Shown: positions 1-12,600 of the stretch, in pieces
How positions within the stretch are numbered: the stretch's first letter is position 1
Layout: every line of letters starts with the position of its first letter
Assembly: GCA_964016885.1 (NCBI GenBank)
Contig: OZ024741.1
Coordinates: 868,001 to 932,000 of the forward strand
Length of the DNA stretch: 64,000 bases
Direction: 5' to 3'
From: Eledone cirrhosa
Lineage: Eukaryota
Made by a program: the position numbers and the translations under genes
The notes under the pieces: model-generated
The model's input: only the letters and a program-made list of their open reading frames with translations
What the model was told of the DNA's origin: nothing
Databases searched by the model: none

Positions 1-1270
1 TTATTGTTGGTGTTATTGTTGGTGTTAGTGTTATTGTTGGTGTTGGTGTTATTGTTGTTGTTGGTGTTATTGTTGTTGTTGGTGTTATTGTTGGTGTTGG
101 TGTTATTGTTGTTGTTGGTGTTATTGTTGGTGTTGATGTTATTGTTGTTGTTGGTGTTATTGTTGGTGTTGATGTTATTGTTGTTGTTGGTGTTATTGGT
201 GGTGTTGATGTTATTGTTGTTGTTGGTGTTATTGTTGGTGTTGGTGTTATTGTTGGTGTTGATGTTATTGTTGTTGTTGGTGTTATTGTTGGTGTTGATG
301 TTATTGTTGTTGTTGGTGTTATTGTTGGTGTTGGTGTTATTGTTGGTGTTGATGTTATTGTTGTTGTTGGTGTTATTGTTGGTGTTGATGTTATTGTTGT
401 TGTTGATGTTATTGTTGGTGTTGGTGTTATTGTTGTTGTTGGTGTTATTGTTGTTGTTGGTGTTATTGTTGGTGTTGATGTTATTGTTGTTGTTGGTGTT
501 ATTGGTGGTGTTGATGTTATTGTTGTTGTTGGTGTTATTGTTGTTGTTGGTGTTATTGTTGGTGTTGGTGTTATTGTTGGTGTTGGTGTTATTGTTGTTG
601 TTGATGTTATTGTTGTTGTTGGTGTTATTGTTGGTGTTGATGTTATTGTTGTTGTTGGTGTTATTGTTGGTGTTGGTGTTATTGTTGGTGTTGATGTTAT
701 TGTTGTTGTTGGTGTTATTGTTGGTGTTGATGTTATTGTTGTTGTTGATGTTATTGTTGTTGTTGGTGTTATTGTTGGTGTTGGTGTTATTGTTGGTGTT
801 GATGTTATTGTTGTTGTTGGTGTTATTGTTGTTGTTGGTGTTATTGTTGGTGTTGATGTTATTGTTGTTGTTGGTGTTATTGTTGGTGTTGATGTTATTG
901 TTGTTGTTGATGTTATTGTTGTTGTTGGTGTTATTGTTGGTGTTATTGTTGGTGTTGGTGTTATTGTTGGTGTTGGTGTTATTGTTGTTGTTGGTGTTAT
1001 TGTTGTTGTAGGTGTTATTGTTGTTGTTGATGTTATTGTTGTTGTTGGTGTTATTGTTGTTGTTGATGTTATTGTTGGTGTTGGTGTTATTGTTGTTGTT
1101 GGTGTTATTGTTGTTGTAGGTGTTATTGTTGGTGTTGATGTTATTGTTGTTGTTGGTGTTATTGTTGGTGTTGATGTTATCGTTGTTGTTCATGTTATTG
1201 TTGTTGTTGGTGTTATTGTTGGTGTTATTGTTGGTGTTGGTGTTATTGTTGGTGTTGGTGTTATTGTTGT
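1..1270. repeat. Block duplicated at ~8442-9710 (offset 8441 bp)
   Basis: Shared rare markers in the same order: GTTAGT (24/8465), two GTAGGT (ORF-track stops 1011/9452 and starts 1120/9561) and ATCGTTGTTGTTCAT (1179/9620). Confidence 0.88.
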
Positions 1271-1356
1271 TGTTGGTGTTATTGTTGTTGTTGGTGTTAT
1301 TGTTGGTGTTGGTGTTATTGTTGGTGTTGGTGTTATTGTTGTTGTTGGTGTTATTG

Positions 1357-3395
1357 TTTGGTGTTATTGTTGTTGTTGGTGTTATTGTTGTTGTTGGTGT
1401 TATTGTTGGTGTTGGTGTTATTGTTGTTGTTGATGTTATTGTTGTTGTTGGTGTTATTGTTGGTGTTGGTGTTATTGTTGTTGTTGATGTTATTGTTGTT
1501 GTTGGTGTTATTGTTGGTGTTGTGTTATTGTTGTTGTTGGTTATTGTTGTTGTTGGTGTATTGTGGTGTTGTGTTATTGTTGTTGTGGTGTATTGTTGTG
1601 TTGATGTTATTGTTGTTGTTGATGTTATTGTTGTTGTTGGTGTTATTGTTGGTGTTGGTGTTATTGTTGGTGTTGGTGTTATTGTTGGTGTTGGTGTTAT
1701 TGTTGTTGTTGTGTTATTGTTGGTGTTGGTGTTATTGTTGGTGTTGGGGTTATTTTTGGTGTTGGTGTTATTGTTGGTGTTGGTGTTATTGTTGGTGTTG
1801 GTGTTATTGTTGTTGTTGGTGTTATTGTTGGTGTGGTGTTATTGTTGGTGTTATTGTTGTTGTTGGTGTTATTGTTGTTGTTGGTGTTATTGTTGGTGTT
1901 TTGTTGTTGTTGGTGTTATTGTTGTTGTTGGTGTTATTGTTGGTGTTATTGTTGTTGTTGGTGTTATTGTTGTTGTTGATATTATTGTTGTTGTTGGTGT
2001 TATTGTTGGTGTTGGTGTTATTGTTATTGTTGGTGTTATTGTTGTGTTGGTGTTATGTTGGTGTTATTGTTGTTGTGGTGTTATTGTTGTGTTGGTGTTA
2101 TGTTGGTGTTATTGTTGTTGTTGGTGTTATTGTTGTTGTGGTGTTTTTGTGGTTGTTGGTGTATGTTGTTGTTGTTGTTATTGTTGTTCTTGGTGTTATG
2201 TTGTTGTTGGTGTTATTGTTGTTGTTGGTGTTATTGTTGTTGTTGGTGTTATGTGTTGTGGTGTTATTGTGGTTGTTGGTGTTATTGTTGTTGTTGGTGT
2301 TATTGTTGTTGTTGGTGTATTGTTGTTGCTGGTGTTATTGTTGTTGTTGGTGTTATTGTGGTTGTTGGGTGTTATTGTGTTGTTGGTGTTATTGTTGGTG
2401 TTATTGTTGTTGTTGGTGTTATTGTTGTTGTTGGTGTTATTGTTGGTGTTGGTGTTATTGTTGTTGTTGGTGTTATTGTTGGTGTTGGTGTTGTTGTTGA
2501 TGTTATTGTTGTTGTTGGTGTTATTGTTGGTGTTATTGTTGTTGTTGGTGTTATTGTTGTGGTTGGTGTTATTGTTGGTGTTGGTGTTATTGTTGTTGTG
2601 GTGATATTGTTGGTGTTGGTGTTGTTGTTGATGTTATTGTTGTTGTTGATGTTATTGTTGTTGTTGATGTTATGTTGTTGTGATGTTATTGTTGTTGTTG
2701 GTGTTATTGTAGGTGTTGGTGTTATTGTTGGTGTTGTTGTTATTGTTGTTGTTGGTGTTATTGTTGTTGTTGGTGTTATTGTTGTTGTTGGTGTTATTGT
2801 TGTTGTTATTGTTGTTGTTGATGTTATTGTTGTTGTTGGTGTTATTGTTGGTGTGGTGTTATTGTTGTTGTTGGTGTTATTGTTGGTGTTGGTGTTATTG
2901 TTGTTGTTGGTGTTATTGTTGTTGTTGGTGTTATTGTTGGTGTTGGTGTTATTGTTGGTGTTGATGTTATTGTTGTTGTTGGTGTTATTGTTGGTGTTGG
3001 TGTTATTGTTGGTGTTATTGTTGTTGTTGGTGTTATTGTTGGTGTTGGTGTTATTGTGTTGTTGGTGTTATTGTTGTTGTTGGTGTTATTGTTGGTGTTG
3101 GTTTATTGTTGTTGTTGGTGTTATTGTTGGTGTTGGTGTTATGTTGGTGTTGGTGTTATTGTTGTTGTTGGTGTTATTGTTGGTGTTGGTGTTATTGTTG
3201 GTGTTATTGTTGTTGTTGGTGTTATTGTTGGTGTTGGTGTTATTGTTGTTGTTGGTGTTATTGTTGTTGTGTGGTGGTATTGTTGGTGTTGGTGTTATTG
3301 TTGGTGTTGACGTTATTGTTGTTGTTGGTGTTATTGTTGGTGTTGGTGTATTGTTGGTGTTGGTGTTATTGTTGTTGTTGTGTTATTGTTGTGTG
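1357..3395. other. Indel-dense degraded segment of the array (probable low-quality consensus)
   Basis: Dozens of private 1-2 bp indels (e.g. TTGTGTT, GTATT, TTATGTT) and constant frame switching in the ORF track, whereas 3396-22120 has no net frameshift. Confidence 0.8.
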
Positions 3396-3429
3396 GTGTT
3401 ATTGTTGGTGTTATTGTTGCTGTTGGTGT

Positions 3430-6400
3430 TATTGTTGGTGTTGGTGTTATTGTTGTTGTTGGTGTTATTGTTGTTGTTGGTGTTATTGTTGTTGTTGGTG
3501 TTATTGTTGGTGTTGGTGTTATTGTTGGTGTTGATGTTATTGTTGTTGTTGGTGTTATTGTTGGTGTTGGTGTTATTGTTGTTGTTGGTGTTATTGTTGG
3601 CGTTGGTGTTATTGTTGGTGTTGGTGTTATTGTTGGTGTTGATGTTATTGTTGTTGTTGGTGTTATTGTTGGTGTTGATGTTATTGTTGTTGTTGGTGTT
3701 ATTGGTGGTGTTGATGTTATTGTTGTTGTTGGTGTTATTGTTGGTGTTGGTGTTATTGTTGTTGTTGGTGTTATTGGTGGTGTTGATGTTATTGTTGTTG
3801 TTGGTGTTATTGTTGGTGTTGGTGTTATTGTTGGTGTTGATGTTATTGTTGTTGTTGGTGTTATTGTTGGTGTTGATGTTATTGTTGTTGTTGGTGTTAT
3901 TGTTGGTGTTGATGTTATTGTTGTTGTTGATGTTATTGTTGGTGTTGGTGTTATTGTTGTTGTTGGTGTTATTGTTGTTGTTGGTGTTATTGTTGGTGTT
4001 GATGTTATTGTTGTTGTTGGTGTTATTGGTGGTGTTGATGTTATTGTTGTTGTTGGTGTTATTTTTGTTGTTGGTGTTATTGTTGGTGTTGGTGTTATTG
4101 TTGGTGTTGGTGTTATTGTTGTTGTTGATGTTATTGTTGTTGTTGGTGTTATTGTTGGTGTTGATGTTATTGTTGTTGTTGGTGTTATTGTTGGTGTTGG
4201 TGTTATTGTTGGTGTTGATGTTATTGTTGTTGTTGGTGTTATTGTTGGTGTTGATGTTATTGTTGTTGTTGATGTTATTGTTGTTGTTGGTGTTATTGTT
4301 GGTGTTGGTGTTATTGTTGGTGTTGATGTTATTGTTGTTGTTGGTGTTATTGTTGTTGTTGGTGTTATTGTTGGTGTTGATGTTATTGTTGTTGTTGGTG
4401 TTATTGTTGGTGTTGGTGTTATTGTTGTTGTTGATGTTATTGTTGGTGTTGGTGTTATTGTTGTTGTTGGTGTTATTGTTGTTGTAGGTGTTATTGTTGG
4501 TGTTGATGTTATTGTTGTTGTTGGTGTTATTGTTGGTGTTGATGATATTGTTGTTGTTGATGTTATTGTTGTTGTTGGTGTTATTGTTGGTGTTATTGTT
4601 GGTGTTGGTGTTATTGTTGGTGTTGGTGTTATTGTTGTTGTTGGTGTTATTGTTGTTGTTGGTGTTATTGTTGGTGTTGGTGTTATTGTTGGTGTTGGTG
4701 TTATTGTTGTTGTTGGTGTTATTGTTGTTGTTGGTGTTATTGTTGGTGTTGGTGTTATTGTTGTTGTTGATGTTATTGTTGTTGTTGGTGTTATTGTTGG
4801 TGTTGGTGTTATTGTTGTTGTTGATGTTATTGTTGTTGTTGGTGTTATTGTTGGTGTTGGTGTTATTGTTGTTGTTGGTGTTATTTTTGTTGTTGGTGTT
4901 ATTGTTGGTGTTGATGTTATTGTTGTTGTTGGTGTTATTGTTGGTGTTGATGTTATTGTTGTTGTCGATGTTATTGTTGTTGTTGGTGTTATTGTTGGTA
5001 TTGGTTGTATTGTTGGTGTTGGTGTTATTGTTGTTGTTGGTGTTATTGTTGTTGTTGGTGTTATTGTTGGTGTTGGTGTTATTGTTGGTGTTGATGTTAT
5101 TGTTGTTGTTGGTGTTATTGTTGGTGTTGGTGTTATTGTTGTTGTTGGTGTTATTGTTGGCGTTGGTGTTATTGTTGGCGTTGGTGTTATTGTTGGTGTT
5201 GGTGTTATTGTTGGTGTTGATGTTATTGTTGTTGTTGGTGTTATTGTTGGTGTTGATGTTATTGTTGTTGTTGGTGTTATTGGTGGTGTTGATGTTATTG
5301 TTGTTGTTGGTGTTATTGTTGGTGTTGGTGTTATTGTTGTTGTTGGTGTTATTGGTGGTGTTGATGTTATTGTTGTTGTTGGTGTTATTGTTGGTGTTGA
5401 TGTTATTGTTGTTGTTGGTGTTATTGTTGGTGTTGATGTTATTGTTGTTGTTGGTGTTATTGTTGGTGTTGATGTTATTGTTGTTGTTGGTGTTATTGTT
5501 GGTGTTGATGTTATTGTTGTTGTTGGTGTTATTGTTGGTGTTGATGTTATTGTTGTTGTTGATGTTATTGTTGGTGTTGGTGTTATTGTTGTTGTTGGTG
5601 TTATTGTTGTTGTTGGTGTTATTGTTGGTGTTGATGTTATTGTTGTTGTTGGTGTTATTGGTGGTGTTGATGTTATTGTTGTTGTTGGTGTTATTTTTGT
5701 TGTTGGTGTTATTGTTGGTGTTGGTGTTATTGTTGGTGTTGGTGTTATTGTTGTTGTTGATGTTATTGTTGTTGTTGGTGTTATTGTTGGTGTTGATGTT
5801 ATTGTTGTTGTTGGTGTTATTGTTGGTGTTGGTGTTATTGTTGGTGTTGATGTTATTGTTGTTGTTGGTGTTATTGTTGGTGTTGATGTTATTGTTGTTG
5901 TTGATGTTATTGTTGTTGTTGGTGTTATTGTTGGTGTTGGTGTTATTGTTGGTGTTGATGTTATTGTTGTTGTTGGTGTTATTGTTGTTGTTGGTGTTAT
6001 TGTTGGTGTTGATGTTATTGTTGTTGTTGGTGTTATTGTTGGTGTTGGTGTTATTGTTGTTGTTGATGTTATTGTTGGTGTTGGTGTTATTGTTGTTGTT
6101 GGTGTTATTGTTGTTGTAGGTGTTATTGTTGGTGTTGATGTTATTGTTGTTGTTGGTGTTATTGTTGGTGTTGATGATATTGTTGTTGTTGATGTTATTG
6201 TTGTTGTTGGTGTTATTGTTGGTGTTATTGTTGGTGTTGGTGTTATTGTTGGTGTTGGTGTTATTGTTGTTGTTGGTGTTATTGTTGTTGTTGGTGTTAT
6301 TGTTGGTGTTGGTGTTATTGTTGGTGTTGGTGTTATTGTTGTTGTTGGTGTTATTGTTGTTGTTGGTGTTATTGTTGGTGTTGGTGTTATTGTTGTTGTT

Positions 6401-6670
6401 GATGTTATTGTTGTTGTTGGTGTTATTGTTGGTGTTGGTGTTATTGTTGTTGTTGATGTTATTGTTGTTGTTGGTGTTATTGTTGGTGTTGGTGTTATTG
6501 TTGTTGTTGGTGTTATTTTTGTTGTTGGTGTTATTGTTGGTGTTGATGTTATTGTTGTTGTTGGTGTTATTGTTGGTGTTGATGTTATTGTTGTTGTCGA
6601 TGTTATTGTTGTTGTTGGTGTTATTGTTGGTATTGGTTGTATTGTTGGTGTTGGTGTTATTGTTGGTGTT
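3430..6670. repeat. Tandem higher-order duplication, period ~1632 bp, 2 copies
   Basis: Markers GTAGGT (ORF starts 4488/6120), GATGATATT (4541/6173), GTCGAT (4964/6596) and GGTATTGGTTGTATT (4997/6629) are all offset by 1632. Confidence 0.9.
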
Positions 6671-9633
6671 GGTGTTATTGTTGCTGTTGGTGTTATTGTT
6701 GTTGTTGGTGTTATTGTTGGTGTTGGTGTTATTGTTGTTGTTGATGTTATTGTTGTTGTTGGTGTTATTGTTGGTGTTATTGTTGGTGTTGGTGTTATTG
6801 TTGTTGTTGATGTTATTGTTGTTGTTGGTGTTATTGTTGGTGTTGGTGTTATTGTTGTTGTTGATGTTATTGTTGTTGTTGGTGTTATTGTTGGTGTTGG
6901 TGTTATTGTTGTTGTTGGTGTTATTGTTGTTGTTGGTGTTATTGTTGGTGTTGGTGTTATTGTTGTTGTTGGTGTTATTGTTGGTGTTGGTGTTATTGTT
7001 GGGGTTGGTGTTATTGTTGGTGTTATTGTTGTTGTTGGTGTTGTTGTTGGTGTTATTGTTGTTGTTGGTGTTATTGTTGTTGTTGGTGTTATTGTTGTTG
7101 TTGGTGTTATTGTTGGTGTTATTATTGTTGTTGGTGTTATTGTTGGTGTTGGTGTTATTGGTGTTGTTGGTGTTATTGTTGGTGTTGGTGTTATTGCTGT
7201 TGTTGATGTTATTGTTGTTGTTGGTGTTAGTGTTGTTGTTGGTGTTATTGTTGTTGTTGGTGTTATTGTTGGTGTTGGTGTTATTGGTGTTGTTGGTGTT
7301 ATTGTTGGTGTTGGTGTTATTGTTGTTGTTGGTGTTATTGTTGGTGTTGGTGTTATTGTTGTTGTTGGTGTTATTGTTGTTGTTGGTGTTATTGTTGTTG
7401 TTGGTGTTATTGTTGGTGTTGGTGTTATTGTTGGTGTTATTGTTGTTGTTGGTGTTATTGTTGGTGTTGGTGTTATTGTTGGTGTTATTGTTGTTGTTGC
7501 TGTTATTGTTGTTGTTGGTGTTATTGTTGTTGTTGGTGTTATTGTTGTTGTTGGTGTTATTGTTGGTGTTATTATTGTTGTTGATGTTATTGTTGTTGTT
7601 GATGTTATTGTTGTCGTCGGTGTTATTGTTGTTGTTGGTGTTATTGTTGTTGTAGGTGTTATTGTTGGTGTTGGTGTTATTGTTGGTGTTGGTGTTATTG
7701 TTGGTGTTGGTGTTATTGTTGTTGTTGGTGTTATTGTTGTTGTTGGTGTTATTGTTGTTGTTGGTGTTATTGTTGGTGTTGGTGTTATTGTTGGTGTTGG
7801 TGTTATTGTTGTTGTAGGTGTTATTGTTGTTGTTGGTGTTATTGTTGGTGTTATTGTTGTTGTTGGTGTTATTGTTGTTGTTGATGTTATTGTTGTTGTT
7901 GATGTTATTGTTGTTGTTGGTGTTATTGTTGTTGTTGGTGTTATTGTTGTTGTTGGTGTTATTGTTGGTGTTGATGTTATTGTTGTTGTTGGTGTTATTG
8001 TTGGTGTTGGTGTTATTGTTGGTGTTGATGTTATTGTTGTTGTTGGTGTTATTGTTGGTGTTGATGTTATTGTTGTTGTTGGTGTTATTGTTGGTGTTGG
8101 TGTTATTGTTGGTGTTAATGTTATTGTTGGTGTTGATGTTATTGTTGTTGTTGGTGTTAATGTTGGTGTTGATGTTATTGTTGTTGTTGATGTTATTGTT
8201 GGTGTTGGTGTTATTGTTGGTGTTAATGTTATTGTTGTTGTTGGTGTTATTGTTGGTGTTGATGTTATTGTTGTTGTTGATGTTATTGTTGGTGTTGGTG
8301 TTATTGTTGTTGTTGGTGTTATTGTTGTTGTTGGTGTTATTGTTGTTGTTGATGTTATTGTTGTTGTTGGTGTTATTGTTGTTGTTGGTGTTATTGTTGT
8401 TGTTGGTGTTATTGTTGTTGGTGTTATTGTTGGTGTTGGTTTTATTGTTGGTGTTATTGTTGGTGTTAGTGTTATTGTTGGTGTTGGTGTTATTGTTGTT
8501 GTTGGTGTTATTGTTGTTGTTGGTGTTATTGTTGGTGTTGGTGTTATTGTTGTTGTTGGTGTTATTGTTGGTGTTGATGTTATTGTTGTTGTTGGTGTTA
8601 TTGTTGGTGTTGATGTTATTGTTGTTGTTGGTGTTATTGGTGGTGTTGATGTTATTGTTGTTGTTGGTGTTATTGTTGGTGTTGGTGTTATTGTTGGTGT
8701 TGATGTTATTGTTGTTGTTGGTGTTATTGTTGGTGTTGATGTTATTGTTGTTGTTGGTGTTATTGTTGGTGTTGGTGTTATTGTTGGTGTTGATGTTATT
8801 GTTGTTGTTGGTGTTATTGTTGGTGTTGATGTTATTGTTGTTGTTGATGTTATTGTTGGTGTTGGTGTTATTGTTGTTGTTGGTGTTATTGTTGTTGTTG
8901 GTGTTATTGTTGGTGTTGATGTTATTGTTGTTGTTGGTGTTATTGGTGGTGTTGATGTTATTGTTGTTGTTGGTGTTATTGTTGTTGTTGGTGTTATTGT
9001 TGGTGTTGGTGTTATTGTTGGTGTTGGTGTTATTGTTGTTGTTGATGTTATTGTTGTTGTTGGTGTTATTGTTGGTGTTGATGTTATTGTTGTTGTTGGT
9101 GTTATTGTTGGTGTTGGTGTTATTGTTGGTGTTGATGTTATTGTTGTTGTTGGTGTTAATGTTGGTGTTGATGTTATTGTTGTTGTTGATGTTATTGTTG
9201 TTGTTGGTGTTATTGTTGGTGTTGGTGTTATTGTTGGTGTTGATGTTATTGTTGTTGTTGGTGTTATTGTTGTTGTTGGTGTTATTGTTGGTGTTGATGT
9301 TATTGTTGTTGTTGGTGTTATTGTTGGTGTTGATGTTATTGTTGTTGTTGATGTTATTGTTGTTGTTGGTGTTATTGTTGGTGTTATTGTTGGTGTTGGT
9401 GTTATTGTTGGTGTTGGTGTTATTGTTGTTGTTGGTGTTATTGTTGTTGTAGGTGTTATTGTTGTTGTTGATGTTATTGTTGTTGTTGGTGTTATTGTTG
9501 TTGTTGATGTTATTGTTGGTGTTGGTGTTATTGTTGTTGTTGGTGTTATTGTTGTTGTAGGTGTTATTGTTGGTGTTGATGTTATTGTTGTTGTTGGTGT
9601 TATTGTTGGTGTTGATGTTATCGTTGTTGTTCA

Positions 9634-12600
9634 TGTTATTGTTGTTGTTGGTGTTATTGTTGGTGTTATTGTTGGTGTTGGTGTTATTGTTGGTGTTGGT
9701 GTTATTGTTGTTGTTGGTGTTATTGTTGGTGTTATTATTGTTGTTGATGTTATTGTTGTTGTTGATGTTATTGTTGTTGTTGGTGTTATTGTTGTTGTTG
9801 GTGTTATTGTTGTTGTAGGTGTTATTGTTGGTGTTGGTGTTATTGTTGGTGTTGGTGTTATTGTTGCTGTTGGTGTTATTGTTGTTGTTGGTGTTATTGT
9901 TGTTGTTGGTGTTATTGTTGTTGTTGGTGTTATTGTTGGTGTTGGTGTTATTGTTGGTGTTGGTGTTATTGTTGTTGTTGGTGTTATTGTTGGTGTTATT
10001 GTTGTTGTTGGTGTTATTGTTGTTGTTGATGTTATTGTTGTTGTTGATGTTATTGTTGTTGTTGGTGTTATTGTTGTTGTTGGTGTTATTGTTGTTGTTG
10101 GTGTTATTGTTGTTGTTGGTGTTATTGTTGGTGTTGATGTTATTGTTGTTGTTGGTGTTATTGTTGGTGTTGATGTTATTGTTGTTGTTGATGTTATTGT
10201 TTGTGTTGGTGTTATTGTTGTTGTTGGTGTTATTGTTGTTGTTGGTGTTATTGGTGGTGTTGATGTTATTGTTGTTGTTGGTGTTATTGTTGTTGTTGGT
10301 GTTATTGTTGGTGTTGGTGTTATTGTTGGTGTTGGTGTTATTGTTGTTGTTGGTGTTATTGTTGTTGTTGGTGTTATTGTTGTTGTTGGTGTTATTGTTG
10401 GTGTTATTATTGTTGTTGATGTTATTGTTGTTGTTGATGTTATTGTTGTTGTTGGTGTTATTGTTCTTGTTGGTGTTATTGTTGTTGTAGGTGTTATTGT
10501 TGGTGTTGGTGTTATTGTTGGTGTTAATGTTATTGTTGTTGTTGGTGTTATTGTTGGTGTTGATGTTATTGTTGTTGTTGATGTTATTGATGGTGTTGGT
10601 GTTATTGTTGTTGTTGGTGTTATTGTTGTTGTTGGTGTTATTGTTGTTGTTGATGTTATTGTTGTTGGTGTTATTGTTGTTGTTGATGTTTTTGTTGGTG
10701 TTGGTGTTATTGTTGTTGTTGGTGTTATTGTTGTTGTTGGTGTTATTGTTGGTGTTGATGTTATTGTTGTTGTTGGTGTTATTGTTGGTGTTGATGTTAT
10801 TGTTGTTGTTGATGTTATTGTTGTTGTTGGTGTTATTGTTGGTGTTATTGTTGGTGTTGGTGTTATTGTTGGTGTTGGTGTTATTGTTGTTGTTGGTGTT
10901 ATTGTTGGTGTTGATGTTATTGTTGTTGTTGGTGTTATTGTTGGTGTTGGTGTTATTGTTGGTGTTAATGTTATTGTTGTTGTTGGTGTTATTGTTGTTG
11001 TTGGTGTTATTGTTGGTGTTGGTGTTATTGTTGGTGTTGGTGTTATTGTTGTTGTTGGTGTTATTGTTGTTGTTGGTGTTATTGTTGGTGTTGGTGTTAT
11101 TGTTGTTGTTGATGTTATTGTTGTTGTTGGTGTTATTGTTGGTGTTGGTGTTATTGTTGTTGTTGATGTTATTGTTGTTGTTGGTGTTATTGTTGGTGTT
11201 GGTGTTATTGTTGTTGTTGGTGTTATTGTTGTTGTTGGTGTTATTGTTGGTGTTGATGTTATTGTTGTTGTTGGTGTTATTGTTGGTGTTGATGTTATTG
11301 TTGTTGTTGATGTTATTGTTGTTGTTGGTGTTATTGTTGGTGTTGGTGTTATTGTTGGTGTTGGTGTTATTGTTGGTGTTGGTGTTATTGTTGTTGTTGG
11401 TGTTATTGTTGTTGTTGGTGTTATTGTTGGTGTTGGTGTTATTGTTGTTGTTGATGTTATTGTTGTTGTTGGTGTTATTGTTGGTGTTATTGTTGGTGTT
11501 GGTGTTATTGTTGTTGTTGATGTTATTGTTGTTGTTGGTGTTATTGTTGGTGTTGGTGTTATTGTTGTTGTTGATGTTATTGTTGTTGTTGGTGTTATTG
11601 TTGGTGTTGGTGTTATTGTTGTTGTTGGTGTTATTGTTGTTGTTGGTGTTATTGTTGGTGTTGGTGTTATTGTTGGTGTTGGTGTTATTGTTGGTGTTAT
11701 TGTTGTTGTTGGTGTTATTGTTGTTGTTGGTGTTATTGTTGTTGTTGGTGTTATTGTTGTTGTTGGTGTTATTGTTGGTGTTATTATTGTTGTTGGTGTT
11801 ATTGTTGGTGTTGGTGTTATTGGTGTTGTTGGTGTTATTGTTGGTGTTGGTGTTATTGTTGTTGTTGATGTTATTGTTGTTGTTGGTGTTAGTGTTGTTG
11901 TTGGTGTTATTGTTGTTGTTGGTGTTATTGTTGGTGTTGGTGTTATTGGTGTTGTTGGTGTTATTGTTGGTGTTGGTGTTATTGTTGTTGTTGGTGTTAT
12001 TGTTGGTGTTGGTGTTGTTGTTGGTGTTATTGTTGTTGTTGGTGTTATTGTTGTTGTTGGTGTTATTGTTGGTGTTGGTGTTATTGTTGGTGTTATTGTT
12101 GTTGTTGGTGTTATTGTTGGTGTTGGTGTTATTGTTGGTGTTATTGTTGTTGTTGGTGTTATTGTTGTTGTTGGTGTTATTGTTGTTGTTGGTGTTATTG
12201 TTGTTGTTGGTGTTATTGTTGGTGTTATTATTGTTGTTGATGTTATTGTTGTTGTTGATGTTATTGTTGTTGTTGGTGTTATTGTTGTTGTTGGTGTTAT
12301 TGTTGTTGTAGGTGTTATTGTTGGTGTTGGTGTTATTGTTGGTGTTGGTGTTATTGTTGGTGTTGGTGTTATTGTTGTTGTTGGTGTTATTGTTGTTGTT
12401 GGTGTTATTGTTGTTGTTGGTGTTATTGTTGGTGTTGGTGTTATTGTTGGTGTTGGTGTTATTGTTGTTGTAGGTGTTATTGTTGTTGTTGGTGTTATTG
12501 TTGGTGTTATTGTTGTTGTTGGTGTTATTGTTGTTGTTGATGTTATTGTTGTTGTTGATGTTATTGTTGTTGTTGGTGTTATTGTTGTTGTTGGTGTTAT

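Noticed and set aside
3383-9634. Minus-strand poly-Asn ORF (also 51554-54925), Dictyostelium/Plasmodium-like
   Set aside because: The ATG arises from a single GAT->CAT variant, and there is no flanking globular sequence. It is a shadow frame of the repeat.
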